From Rubripirellula sp. (GTDB lineage: Bacteria > Planctomycetota > Planctomycetia > Pirellulales > Pirellulaceae), in the NCBI GenBank assembly GCA_965216875.1, contig OZ244207.1, forward strand, positions 3,552,001-3,616,000: DNA of 64,000 bases. The letters run 5' to 3'. Both the position numbers and the translations under genes were made by a program. This document shows, piece by piece, positions 26,697 to 36,519 of the stretch (positions are counted from its first letter, which is position 1; every line of letters begins with the position of its first letter). The notes under the pieces are model-generated. The model was not told the DNA's origin. It saw nothing but the letters and a program-made list of their open reading frames with translations, and did not search any database.

Positions 26697-27845
26697 ATGC
26701 ACTCGAAACAACCACAACTGAGCCGATTCACAAAAGGCAAACAGCGTCAGGGGGCTGCCGCCGTCTTTGGCGTCGTGCTCATGCTAAGCCTGATCGCGTT
26801 GATGGCGTTCACACTCGATTACGGCAACATCTACGTTGCCCAAACCGAACTGCGCCGCTCTGCCGATTCGTCCGCGATGGCCGCCTGCTGGGAACTCTTT
26901 GACGGCCAAGTCGAAGACGATCCCATGTCGGTCATTGAATGCGAAGTCGCGGTGGCCGCCAACCAAATGGCGACCGCCAACACCGTCGGCAGCGACGAAC
27001 TTTCGTTCGCAACCAATGACGTGGAACTGGGGACCTACGACGCCAGCCAGCCGGGTGATTTTGACACCACCGACCCGTCCACCTTCAACGCCGTTCGCGT
27101 GACGTTGCGGCGGCAAACCGGATCCAACGGTGAATTGCCGCTGTTCTTCGGTGACATCACTGGAGTCGACAGCCAATCGCTGCACATTTCGGCAACCGCA
27201 GCGATGCTCAACACGGTCGAAGGCTTTTACGATCCGGCACAGACCAATTCGAACATTGAATTGTTGCCAATCGCGTTGGACCTGCCGAGTTGGCTCGACG
27301 CCCTCGCCAATGCGACCGACGATGACTACGCCTATGCCGACGGCGTCGTCTCCAATGGTTCGGACGGCATCTTTGAAACCAACCTTTATCCAAAGGGGAC
27401 CGGTCTGCCGGGCAACCGAGGCACCGTCGATATTGGTGGCGCCAACAACAGTACCGCCGACCTTGCTCGCCAAATTCTTCATGGCATTTCAGCGCAAGAC
27501 TATGTCGACCTCGGGAAGCCGCTTCAATTGGATGAGAACGGTGAACTTGAACTCAACGGTGACACAGGAATCAGCGCCGGCATCAAAGACGAACTGGCGA
27601 CCCTGATTGGCAAGACGCGGATCATCCCGATCTATTCATCCGCCTCGGGCAACGGCAACAACGCGATGTTCACCATCGTCCGTTTCGAAGGCGTTCGCAT
27701 CTTGGATGTGAAGCTCACCGGCAAGAAAGACCAAAAGCGCGTCATAATCCAGCCCGCAAAGGTGCTGGCCCGCGGCGCGATCATCGACTACACCGGCACG
27801 CGCACAAGCAGCCACCTCGTGACCCCCGTCATGCTCGTCCAGTAG
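26697..27845 (+). CDS. TadG-like pilus assembly / Tad-domain protein
   Basis: Prepilin-like RQGAAAVFGVVLMLSLIALMAFTLDYG..ELRRSADSSAMAA; NAVRVT, LPLFFG, ATAA; GGGAG RBS before 26694/26697. Confidence 0.85.
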   Translation: MHSKQPQLSRFTKGKQRQGAAAVFGVVLMLSLIALMAFTLDYGNIYVAQTELRRSADSSAMAACWELFDGQVEDDPMSVIECEVAVAANQMATANTVGSDELSFATNDVELGTYDASQPGDFDTTDPSTFNAVRVTLRRQTGSNGELPLFFGDITGVDSQSLHISATAAMLNTVEGFYDPAQTNSNIELLPIALDLPSWLDALANATDDDYAYADGVVSNGSDGIFETNLYPKGTGLPGNRGTVDIGGANNSTADLARQILHGISAQDYVDLGKPLQLDENGELELNGDTGISAGIKDELATLIGKTRIIPIYSSASGNGNNAMFTIVRFEGVRILDVKLTGKKDQKRVIIQPAKVLARGAIIDYTGTRTSSHLVTPVMLVQ

Positions 27846-27875
27846 CGAGTCCACCCTTTCAACGAAGGCAAAATC

Positions 27876-28286
27876 ATGTTTCGCAAACACCAACAACGAC
27901 AGCGTGGGGTCGCGGCCGTCGAATTCGCAATGATCGCACCGCTGATGATCCTGTTTACCTTTGCCATGGTCGAAATCGGCAGGTTCATGATCGTCAAAGA
28001 AGCAGCCACGCACGCGAGCCGTGAGGGAGCCAGAATGGCGGTGCGACCCGCGGCGACGGTCGACGAAGTGATCTCGCGAGTCAATGACGAACTTGCGGTC
28101 CTCTCGATCAACGAAGCGACCATCACCATCGACCCGCCGCAACTCGAAAACGCGCAGCCAGGCGAGATGGTGACCGTCTCGATTTCGATAGCGCCCGAAA
28201 CGATCAGTTGGACCTCGGGCGTTTTTGAGCTCGAGATCGCACAAATCGTCGCCGAATCGACCATGCGCCGCGAAAGCACTAATTGA
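27876..28286 (+). CDS. tadE: TadE/TadG family pseudopilin
   Basis: RGVAAVEFAMIAPLMILFTFAMVEIGR..ASREGARMA; C-terminal STMRRE. Confidence 0.9.
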   Translation: MFRKHQQRQRGVAAVEFAMIAPLMILFTFAMVEIGRFMIVKEAATHASREGARMAVRPAATVDEVISRVNDELAVLSINEATITIDPPQLENAQPGEMVTVSISIAPETISWTSGVFELEIAQIVAESTMRRESTN

Positions 28287-28409
28287 ACTTCACAGGTTCT
28301 AGTCGAGAGGGGATCACCTCGCGCGAAGACGCTCGAAACGCAAAGTTTGAATAGGGGCTTTGCACTTCGGCGCCTTCGCGTGAGGATCCCTTCACGAGCC
28401 CTGTGAGCG

Positions 28410-28608
28410 GCCGCCGGATCTGCGACAGCCCGTCGAACTCTCCGAGCCGGAAACTCGAGTACGAGTACCGCTCTGCTGAGTACGAGCACGATCCATTGCC
28501 TCGCGCCACGCCCTATTCTCAGTCTCCTCGGTGTCCTCTTTGGCTCCTTCCATAGTCTGGAGTTCACAGACTGAGCGACCTGTGGCTCCGCAGGAGCGTC
28601 GCCCTCCC
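28410..28608. repeat. REP-like cluster: 82-bp direct repeat copy 2 (family E) plus family F
   Basis: 28410-28491 matches 25441-25522; 28522-28608 ending GGCTCCGCAGGAGCGTCGCCCTCCC matches 29120-29194. Confidence 0.85.
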
Positions 28609-28709
28609 ATTGTCGGCCTCGTGCTTTTCTTCGCGCAGTAGCAATCGACCGTTGGGCTCTTGCATTGGAGAAACAGCTACCTCTCCTACTCGCGCCGAGA
28701 ATCAACCGA

Positions 28710-29048
28710 ATGTCTCTCCCACCGATCATTGGCTACATCCTCGTGGCAGCATTTGGCGCTGGACTCATGCTGCCAATTGCATTGGCTGCCAGAGGCCAAC
28801 GGCATCGCCCAGGGGCAATTGCCGGCCTGATCGTCGGAATGGGATTGAGTGTTCCAGCAGGACTAGTTGCCGGGATCTTTTTGTGGAGTCTCTTTGAAGA
28901 GGCGACCTCCCTGCCGTTAGCATTCTTGATCTTCTACTGTCCACTGATCGGCTCTTTTGTGGGCACCTACGCAGTCGCCATCCTCACGCGAGAGGCGGGT
29001 GCAGTGATTGCGGTAGCGAGCGACCGAATCCAACGGCGTGCGAGATAA
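28710..29048 (+). CDS. Small membrane protein (about 3 TM)
   Basis: Three hydrophobic stretches; probable start MSLPPII at 28710. Confidence 0.6.
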   Translation: MSLPPIIGYILVAAFGAGLMLPIALAARGQRHRPGAIAGLIVGMGLSVPAGLVAGIFLWSLFEEATSLPLAFLIFYCPLIGSFVGTYAVAILTREAGAVIAVASDRIQRRAR

Positions 29049-29075
29049 TACCCGCCTTGGATGAGGACGCTTGTT

Positions 29076-29194
29076 CCTACTCGTACTCAGCAGAGCGGTA
29101 CTCGTACTCGAATTTCCGTCTCGGTGTCCTCTGTGGCTCCGTCTGGAGCTCACAGACCGAGCGACTGGAGTCTCCGCAGGAGCGTCGCCCTCCC
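29076..29194. repeat. REP-like cluster (family E inverted, family F)
   Basis: CTCGTACTCAGCAGAGCGGTACTCGTACTCG and CTCGGTGTCCTCT..CTCCGCAGGAGCGTCGCCCTCCC. Confidence 0.85.
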
Positions 29195-29403
29195 GAAATC
29201 GCGCGTCCCGCTTGTCTCGCGCGTCTTCCGCTCACTTTCACTTTGACTTGACGCACAGGTGTGCGGGGCTGACACGCCTTGAGTGGCAAATCCGATTCAT
29301 TCGGAGTCGGATTGGGGCCGAAGTGGTTTGGTACGAGCCTTGCACGCAATTCGTCGTGCACAACGACCTCGGAAGCAACCATCCATTCATGCGAGGTGGC
29401 ACG

Positions 29404-30237
29404 ATGAAGACGGCATCCAACAACACTCGTCGTTATGAAATCGTTCATTGGCTTTGGCTTTGGGTTTTGGCCGCCATGGCGATCACGGCACTCGTCCGGC
29501 ACGCATCCGGCTCGCCGCCGCCACTGCCGATGCTTCCCAAAGGGGATGCCGATGCGGTCACCCCGATGCCGATTCCCATGCCCAACGTCGATCGGCCTGA
29601 TCTGTTTCGCTTCCCGACCGTTGTGGCGCCCATCGCAATCGACGACGTGTTGGACATGAACCGAAGAGGTCAATGGACCGATGCGATCGATGCCTGGGAT
29701 CAAGTCCCCGTTACCGACGATTCGGTGGTGTGGAAAGAGGTCGGCGTGGCAGTCGCCTTTCTAAGACTCAACCAACCCGAGTCGGCTCACCATCACCTCA
29801 ACTTGGCGATGCAGCAAGAAACCGACAACGCTGTCGTGCATTACTTGCTGGGCCGCGTCTACCAAGCGAAGAGTCGCCAAGTCCCCTTCTGGTATGACAT
29901 CGATGATAAGAATCCGTTCCGCTTTGCGGTCGCGGGCTCAAACGAAGTGATCGTGCCGCCCACGCGCGAGCCAAGTGAACGCGGAGGCGTCTTCCTGCCA
30001 CAACTACGGTACCTGCAGTACGACAAACAGGCTCACCGTCACTTCCAACGAGCCGCCGAACTGGCGCCCAAGTTCCGCATGGACCGCGTCATTCATGTCA
30101 TTCCAACCCCCATGACGATGATTGACTCGCCATCGGCCTTCACCGGTCCCGTCACGGTTTACCAACTCCTCGACTCAGTCGGTGAAACCGACTTCGAGAC
30201 CAAGATCGAACGAGAGATTGTCGGAGTATCAATCTAG
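29404..30237 (+). CDS. TPR-containing exported/membrane-anchored protein
   Basis: GAGGTGG RBS before ATG 29404; TM segment WLWLWVLAAMAITALV; TPR-like VAVAFLRLNQPESAHHHLNLAMQQETDNAVVHYLLGRVY. Confidence 0.7.
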   Translation: MKTASNNTRRYEIVHWLWLWVLAAMAITALVRHASGSPPPLPMLPKGDADAVTPMPIPMPNVDRPDLFRFPTVVAPIAIDDVLDMNRRGQWTDAIDAWDQVPVTDDSVVWKEVGVAVAFLRLNQPESAHHHLNLAMQQETDNAVVHYLLGRVYQAKSRQVPFWYDIDDKNPFRFAVAGSNEVIVPPTREPSERGGVFLPQLRYLQYDKQAHRHFQRAAELAPKFRMDRVIHVIPTPMTMIDSPSAFTGPVTVYQLLDSVGETDFETKIEREIVGVSI

Positions 30238-30263
30238 GCAGTCGCGCGGTCACCCCGTTCGCT

Positions 30264-30412
30264 CCACCTTCTGGCGAAGGTAGCTACGGTTGCCGTACCG
30301 CCTTCAGGGGCTCGTGAGCCGAACGCGCTAGCGTCGGGCCTCGAGGTCATGATTCATCGTCACCATGCTCGCCAGACCGCGAAGATTCCGGCTAAAGCTC
30401 GGTACTACGAAC
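30264..30412. repeat. REP-like cluster (families A inverted, G-like, B)
   Basis: CCACCTTCTGGCGAAGGTAGCTAC 30264-30287; AGATTCCGGCTAAAGCTCGGTACTACGAAC 30383-30412. Confidence 0.85.
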
Positions 30413-30426
30413 TTGCTGGCGAGAAT

Positions 30427-31647
30427 TCATCTCAACGATTCGACGACGCCTCGCAGAACGAGTTGCCGGATCCAGCGATCGTCCCAGGCAAACATCAACT
30501 TCGAAAGCGGATCGACCAAACCCTCTAGCCAATCGATCTCGGGGCGAATCACCAACACGTCGGCCGACGCACCCGCTTTGAGTTGACCGACATCATGCCA
30601 ACCCATCGCGCGCGCATTCCCCGTGGTGATCGTGTGCCAGGCGGTGGCGGCATCGGGGTAGCCTTCATCGATTGTCGACGCCGCCTCGATCATTGCTCGC
30701 GCGACGCGCACCATTGAACGTTCGTAGCCTGCGCCAATGTCACTTCCGAGTGTGATGCCGAGGCCTTCCTCGATCCAGCGCCGGCGGGGCATCGTCCCGC
30801 TTCGCAGAAACGTGTTTGCCGTCGGACAGTGCGCGATCATTGACTGGGATCGCTTGAGTCGTTGGCGTTCGTCTTCGCAAAGATGGATGCCATGCCCCAG
30901 CACGGTACGTGGTCCAAGCAACCCCGCATCGTCATAGACCGACGTGTAGTTTTTTGAATCGGGAAACGTGCGTTTGACCAATTCACATTCCGCAACCGTC
31001 TCGGCCAAATGCGTTTGCACCACAGCGCCGGTCTGTCGAGCAATCTCACCACATTGCTCGAGTAGCGTTGGGGTACAAGACACGGCAAACCGGGGCGTGA
31101 CGGCAGCAGACATCCGCGCGTCCGGTGGAAACTGACTCAACAGCTCGTGCGTCTGATCGACGAGCCGGGCTTCTTCGAAACAAAGCGGCTCGGGAGCTTC
31201 ACGATTGATCAGCGTTTGACCGATCACGCCCCGCATTCCCGCTGCGCCAGCCACTTCGATCGCCGCCAACGTCGCCTCGAAGTGTGCGGTCGCATAGGCT
31301 GCGATCGCCGTGGTTCCAACCGACTTCAACTCTGCAATCACTCGACGGGTCATGGCGCGAGCATACTCCGTATCGCCCCACTTTATCTCCGCAGGAAACG
31401 TCACCTCGTGAAGCCATTTCAAGAGCGGCATCCCGTGGGCGCCAATGATCTCGAACTGTGGCAAATGCAAATGCGTGTCAACAAAACCGGGCGTGATCAA
31501 ACAATCGTGTCCGCCCAAATCGGCTCCTTCCGCAATCGTTCCTTCCACGACCTCGGCGATCACGTCATCGTCGATTCGCACGTACCCAGGGACAAGTCGA
31601 CATCGATTGCCGACCTCTTCAACCAGCAATTGGCCCGTAATGATCAT
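30427..31647 (-). CDS. guaD: Guanine deaminase (amidohydrolase family)
   Basis: PGFVDTHLHLPQ, LLKWL..TFPAE, AVTPRFAVSCT, QTHLAE, GHGIHL, AHCPTAN.FL.SG, GSDIGAG; strong RBS before ATG 31647. Confidence 0.88.
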   Translation of the reverse strand: MIITGQLLVEEVGNRCRLVPGYVRIDDDVIAEVVEGTIAEGADLGGHDCLITPGFVDTHLHLPQFEIIGAHGMPLLKWLHEVTFPAEIKWGDTEYARAMTRRVIAELKSVGTTAIAAYATAHFEATLAAIEVAGAAGMRGVIGQTLINREAPEPLCFEEARLVDQTHELLSQFPPDARMSAAVTPRFAVSCTPTLLEQCGEIARQTGAVVQTHLAETVAECELVKRTFPDSKNYTSVYDDAGLLGPRTVLGHGIHLCEDERQRLKRSQSMIAHCPTANTFLRSGTMPRRRWIEEGLGITLGSDIGAGYERSMVRVARAMIEAASTIDEGYPDAATAWHTITTGNARAMGWHDVGQLKAGASADVLVIRPEIDWLEGLVDPLSKLMFAWDDRWIRQLVLRGVVESLR

Positions 31648-31669
31648 CGTCGCCTCTCCCTCCTTGGAC

Positions 31670-32032
31670 TCAAGTCGCGTCGCCACGAGGCCCGTCATTC
31701 TCCTTGGCAACCAATCGGCTGCGATACCAAAGATTGATCGCAACCAGAACGACTCCCACCACGCCACCAAACACGCATCCCTGTGTTAGGCCCAGTCCAA
31801 TTCCGACCGCAACCGGATTGACCGCGGTTCCCGAGCCACCGAAAACCGCTTCGTAGTAGCCCGGCACGAACACGCCCAAGGCGCCACCGATCGCCAGCCC
31901 AATCAGCCCACCGACGGCCGCGCAGCCAAACACACATCCGGCGCACCAGACGAAAAGTCGTGTGCTGGGCGGTGGCGTCTCACTCGTAGCGCCAGGCGTT
32001 TGGTACGGATTGTCCTGGTCGTCAGTCATCAC
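31670..32032 (-). CDS. Small Gly-rich membrane protein
   Basis: Two long Gly-rich hydrophobic segments; N-terminal NPYQTP motif; coupled to upstream gene. Confidence 0.75.
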   Translation of the reverse strand: MMTDDQDNPYQTPGATSETPPPSTRLFVWCAGCVFGCAAVGGLIGLAIGGALGVFVPGYYEAVFGGSGTAVNPVAVGIGLGLTQGCVFGGVVGVVLVAINLWYRSRLVAKENDGPRGDAT

Positions 32033-32973
32033 TAGCGCAACGATTTGCCGGAGACGTCAAGCAGTAGGGAATTGGAGACATTGTTGCCGAAATCGGCAAA
32101 CCGATTGAACGTCCACACGACTTTCTTGGACTTTGGTTCAATCTCAATCAACAACGGTTGCTCCGGTCCCGCGTGGCAGTTGCCAATCACGTAGTTTCCA
32201 TTCGGTAAGACCTCAAGCGTGGTCACCCAAGCGAGTCGAATCCCTGGCAGATCGTTTTGGTGAATCTGCCAGACGACTTTCTTGTCCGGCGTGACTTCGA
32301 TCACGCTGTGCCCGTTACCGGTTGCGATCAATGTGTTGCCATTGCCCAGACGCAACGCGGCGAAACACTTGTCGCCGAACGCTTCCGGACCGTGACCACC
32401 CGCCGCCTGCTTGCCAAACAGGGGTACATCGTATTCCCAGACCACCTCGCCCGTCTTCGCGTCGTATTCGCGAACCATTCCATCAGCTTCATGGGCGACC
32501 AAGTAGTTACCTCCCGCCAGCGTTCGCACCAAGCGAGTGTCGGAATGTGCGTTGGGGTTGTTGGTCACCAACTTCGTCTCGCGTGAGAGCTTTCCTTCGC
32601 GATCGACTTCGATGATGCGCGCCGTTCCCGATTCAGCAATCATCGTCAAGCCATTGGGCAATCGCTCAAACGCGTGAATCTCGACGCGTTTCCCTTTGTT
32701 TCCGTTTTGGGTTGCCGAGTCGTATTTCCACACAACCTCTTTCGAATCACGATCAATCTCGACCACCGCAGTGCGACCTTGGCGAGTCAGAATGTTGCCG
32801 TTTTTCAGAACGTGAATGTCATGGATGCCACCCCAAGGCATTTCCCAGCTGACCGTTCCATCCGATTCGACGATGGCCAACCGTTTTCCGCCCTGCAAGA
32901 GAACTCGATGATCGGCCTGGGCAACCGCCGCCAAACAAACGACGGCCAAAAGGGGCAGGGAAGTGCGAGACAT
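32032..32973 (-). CDS. Secreted PQQ-like / arylsulfotransferase-like beta-propeller protein
   Basis: Signal peptide; repeated LxNGNxL..V.E.D...VVW blades. Confidence 0.85.
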   Translation of the reverse strand: MSRTSLPLLAVVCLAAVAQADHRVLLQGGKRLAIVESDGTVSWEMPWGGIHDIHVLKNGNILTRQGRTAVVEIDRDSKEVVWKYDSATQNGNKGKRVEIHAFERLPNGLTMIAESGTARIIEVDREGKLSRETKLVTNNPNAHSDTRLVRTLAGGNYLVAHEADGMVREYDAKTGEVVWEYDVPLFGKQAAGGHGPEAFGDKCFAALRLGNGNTLIATGNGHSVIEVTPDKKVVWQIHQNDLPGIRLAWVTTLEVLPNGNYVIGNCHAGPEQPLLIEIEPKSKKVVWTFNRFADFGNNVSNSLLLDVSGKSLR

Positions 32974-33211
32974 GTTTTTCCGAAGGGGTATGTGTGGTGG
33001 TTCGCAAAAGGCGTCCGACCATCATACCCCAGCCCACTGAAAACGTTCTCCAATCGCAGGCAAAGCCAACGCCCAAATGAAAAAATGTCTGCCAACAAGA
33101 CGTGACAAGGTACGAAGCTCAAAAGACAGACAAACGTTCTCAAACAACCGGCTCAAGAAGAGGGACTCGTGGCCTCGTCCACTACTTCAGCCGTTACGGC
33201 GATGGATCTCG

Positions 33212-34507
33212 CTACGACGCGGCGGGCGCCGCCGGTGCAGCTGATTGGTTGAGGCACTTGCCGATTTGGCGTACCGCTTGACGCAAGCGATGTTCGTTTT
33301 CGACAAGCGACATTCGCAAGAAGCCTTCGCCAGCAGTACCGAACCCGCTGCCTGGACTGACGGCAACGTTGCCTTCTTCGAGCAACTTCATTGCAAAGTC
33401 CATCGTGCTCATCGAGCTGCGCCATGGTTCCGGCACAGGCGCCCAAACGAACATACCGGCCTTAGGGGCGTCGACTTCCCAACCGAGCCGGCGCAAGCCG
33501 TTGACCAACACGTCACGTCGACCTTGATAGATCTCCGATTGTTTCGCAACGGTCGCCTCGGTCTCGCGCAGCGCGACGATTGCCGCGATCTGGATCGCTT
33601 GGAACATGCCGTAGTCGTAATAACCCTTGATCGTGCCGAGTCCACGAATCATGTCGGCATTGCCGGCGCAGAATCCGACACGCCAACCGGCCATGTTGTA
33701 TCCCTTGCTCATCGTCGTGAATTCAACACCAACATCCTTGGCACCAGGCGCGGCCAAGAAACTTGGCGGTTGGTACCCGTCGAACGCAACGTCGGCATAG
33801 GCAAAGTCATGGATCACCATGAAGCCGTACTTCTTGGCAAGCCGAACCACTTCGACAAAGAAGTCGGGTTCAATGACGGCGGCCGATGGATTGTGTGGGT
33901 AGTTGATGATCAACAACTTTGGTCGCGGCGCGAGATGCTCGCACGTGTAGGCGACGTTGTGCAGGAACTTGTCCGGATCGGCCACGTCCAACGAGACGAC
34001 GTTGCCTGAGGCGAGGATGACGCCATACATGTGAACGGGGAAATAGGGCGACGGGATCATCGCCGTGTCGCCCGGCCCCATCAGCGCCAGACACATATGC
34101 GAGAAACCTTCCTTGCTTCCCAAGCAGGCGATGATCTCGGTATCGGGGTCGAGCCGGACGCCATACTTGCGATGGTATTTTCCAGCGACCTCGCGGCGAA
34201 GGTTGGCGATCCCGTTTGATTTGCTGTAGCCGTGATTGCCCACATCGGCGGCCGCATCGGCGAGTTTGGAGACCACGACTGGATCAGGCGGGTCGGACGG
34301 GTTGCCCATTCCCAAGTCAATCACGTCATCACCCGCACGTCGCTTTTGGTAAAGCGAGTTATTGATGCGACCAAACATGTAGGGCGGCAGTCGATCGACA
34401 CGCGACGCAAATTGAACCTCAAAGGGTTCCTTGACGGGGTCGGTCGTCGGAGGCTCGATGGCGGGAGCATCGATATTGGGCGTGTCGACGTTGAACGGTT
34501 CGCTCAT
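33212..34507 (-). CDS. PLP-dependent class I/II aminotransferase (AlaC / LL-DAP aminotransferase-like)
   Basis: [62 protein letters not shown]. Confidence 0.92.
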   Translation of the reverse strand: MSEPFNVDTPNIDAPAIEPPTTDPVKEPFEVQFASRVDRLPPYMFGRINNSLYQKRRAGDDVIDLGMGNPSDPPDPVVVSKLADAAADVGNHGYSKSNGIANLRREVAGKYHRKYGVRLDPDTEIIACLGSKEGFSHMCLALMGPGDTAMIPSPYFPVHMYGVILASGNVVSLDVADPDKFLHNVAYTCEHLAPRPKLLIINYPHNPSAAVIEPDFFVEVVRLAKKYGFMVIHDFAYADVAFDGYQPPSFLAAPGAKDVGVEFTTMSKGYNMAGWRVGFCAGNADMIRGLGTIKGYYDYGMFQAIQIAAIVALRETEATVAKQSEIYQGRRDVLVNGLRRLGWEVDAPKAGMFVWAPVPEPWRSSMSTMDFAMKLLEEGNVAVSPGSGFGTAGEGFLRMSLVENEHRLRQAVRQIGKCLNQSAAPAAPAAS

Positions 34508-34651
34508 GATGTTGTTGGTCCGCGGCAGCGGCGATCGAGAAGGGTATTTGCTGTGAATATTGTCGATAAGACCCTGCAAAAAGCCCAGGGGTTATCTGAA
34601 AAGTCTCGTTATTTCGCCCCTGGGGTGACTTTAACGGTTACGTCGGGACCC

Positions 34652-34684
34652 AAAAAAAGCCCGGCCATCACTGACCGGGCTTTC
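34652..34684 (-). terminator. Rho-independent terminator after PPIase gene
   Basis: Stem GCCCGGCCA / TGACCGGGC with A7 on + strand (U-tract on - strand). Confidence 0.75.
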
Positions 34685-34710
34685 GACGCGAATTCTGCCC
34701 CGCGCACGTA

Positions 34711-36519
34711 TCACTTGCGTGGCTGAGGTTTCTCGCCAGCGATTCGTGTGGATTCTTTTGACGCGGCCAAGAAATTGTCGATCTCGGCATTGTCGATCAT
34801 GGCTTCGAACTGCCGGGTCATCGCCCGGTTGAGCTTCTTTTCATGGAGGTCACGCAGCAGCTCGTCACGGACGTCGGACAAGTCGGTCACGATTGGCTCG
34901 GTGTACCCTTGGCATCGCAAGACGATGTACTTGTCACCAGCGACGATGATTCCGCTCAAGTCGCCTGGCTTCAATTGAAACGCTTCGCGTTCAATCGCTG
35001 GCTGACCGCTGAACTTGCGAATCGGCGGAACCTTGCCGCGATTGCTGGCCGAGGCCGGTTCGATACTGTACTGCTCGGCAAGTTGACCAAAGAACTCGTC
35101 GGTCGGGTTGTCACGAGCCATCTCCCAGATCTTCTGAGCGCTCCGTTGGTCGCCCAACACGATCGCCAACACTTCAACCCGAGGTCCATACGACGATTCG
35201 AATCCTTCCTTCAAATCGTCCGCCGTCACTTTGACAGAGTCTTCAACCAACTTGCGAAGGGCAACGCTCGGCCAAACAGCATCGTCAAAGTAAAGTTGAC
35301 GTGTCATCATGCCGTCAGCGGTGACCGACTCGAGCCACCCCTCGACGTCTGGCGAACCATCGCCACGCACGTAGCCAACCTTGACGGCGGCCGACGCCAC
35401 TTCTTGATTGACATCGTCTTGAGTGATGGTCTTGCCAACCGAACGCAATGCTTGGTTCAGCAGCTTGCGATTGATTTCGCCTTCGAGCACATCGAGACCG
35501 TGACGCTTGATGCATTCCGCAGCCACGATGTCGATCATCACCTTTTCGCCGTTAATGATTGCAGCGACGCCAGGGTGTTGTTTGGAAAGTTCTTCATTGC
35601 CGAGCACCAAGACGACACGAGCGTCTTTTTGCAGTTTCGAAAACAGCTCGGTCGCTGCGTTGCGCATTTTCTGGTCGCGAAGTTGATCGTTGATCTGATC
35701 GCGGATCACAGGCATCGCTTGTGCACTTGGTGTCGACGCTGGGATACGGCGGACGGCTTGCAAGACAATCCATTGATCACCAAGCTGCAACACGTCCGAG
35801 ACGCCGCCGTCTTTCAGACCGAAGGCGGCTTCTTCGAGTCGCGAGTCGCCGCTGTTGCGACGAATTGGCGGAATCAATCCACCAACGCTGGCACTTGCCG
35901 GATCTTCACTGTGTTTTTTTGCCAGCGCCGAGAAACTCTCGGGATCAGCGGTCGCTTGTTGCTGAAGCGATAGCGCCTTTTCGCGTTTCGCCGTCATGAT
36001 CAAACGGCACTTCACGGCTTCGCCGTATTGAGCCGAGAAGGCTTTATTGAATTCATCCTGCGTCACTTGGACCTTGTCGGCAACAAGCTGTCGCAACGCG
36101 AGCATGGGCCAAATGATCTCGCGACTGTATTGGTCAGGAGCGATGTCGCGTTCCTTTTCCAACAAGCCCAAGTAGGATTCCATCGTCAGGCCAAACTTTT
36201 TGGCGACACGATCAATTTCTTCACGGACTTCTTTCTCCGTGATGTTGATTCCATGGCTTTGGCAAGCTTGCAAAATCAAATGGCGGTTGACCATGTTTTC
36301 CAACACGTCTTTGCCAAACCGAACAACACACGCGTCAGCGAGTGTTTTGCGTGTGATCGGGTCGGCGTTGACCACGGCCACGATGTTGTTGCGTTCTTGA
36401 GCTGCCGATTGCGAGGGAGCCGAAATCGCAACGAAGGTCATTGCGAAAGCCATCGTCAACGCCAATGGCTTTGCCCAACTCAATTGGGGCATCGTTTGTA
36501 GGCGGGGCATTGCGGTCAC
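34711..36519 (-). CDS. PrsA/SurA-like foldase with two parvulin (PpiC) domains
   Basis: Signal peptide; VAVVNADPIT; FSALAKKHSEDPASASVGG and FGQLAEQYSIEPASASNRG; EAAFGL / EAFQLKPGDLS. Confidence 0.9.
   Translation of the reverse strand: MTAMPRLQTMPQLSWAKPLALTMAFAMTFVAISAPSQSAAQERNNIVAVVNADPITRKTLADACVVRFGKDVLENMVNRHLILQACQSHGINITEKEVREEIDRVAKKFGLTMESYLGLLEKERDIAPDQYSREIIWPMLALRQLVADKVQVTQDEFNKAFSAQYGEAVKCRLIMTAKREKALSLQQQATADPESFSALAKKHSEDPASASVGGLIPPIRRNSGDSRLEEAAFGLKDGGVSDVLQLGDQWIVLQAVRRIPASTPSAQAMPVIRDQINDQLRDQKMRNAATELFSKLQKDARVVLVLGNEELSKQHPGVAAIINGEKVMIDIVAAECIKRHGLDVLEGEINRKLLNQALRSVGKTITQDDVNQEVASAAVKVGYVRGDGSPDVEGWLESVTADGMMTRQLYFDDAVWPSVALRKLVEDSVKVTADDLKEGFESSYGPRVEVLAIVLGDQRSAQKIWEMARDNPTDEFFGQLAEQYSIEPASASNRGKVPPIRKFSGQPAIEREAFQLKPGDLSGIIVAGDKYIVLRCQGYTEPIVTDLSDVRDELLRDLHEKKLNRAMTRQFEAMIDNAEIDNFLAASKESTRIAGEKPQPRK

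Noticed and set aside
27788..28729. 313-aa minus-strand ORF as a possible mobile-element gene
   Set aside because: Made of antisense tadE plus translated REP sequence; no HUH or DDE motifs
29071..29403. N-terminal 111 aa of the 388-aa ORF
   Set aside because: Runs through REP repeats; a good RBS precedes ATG 29404
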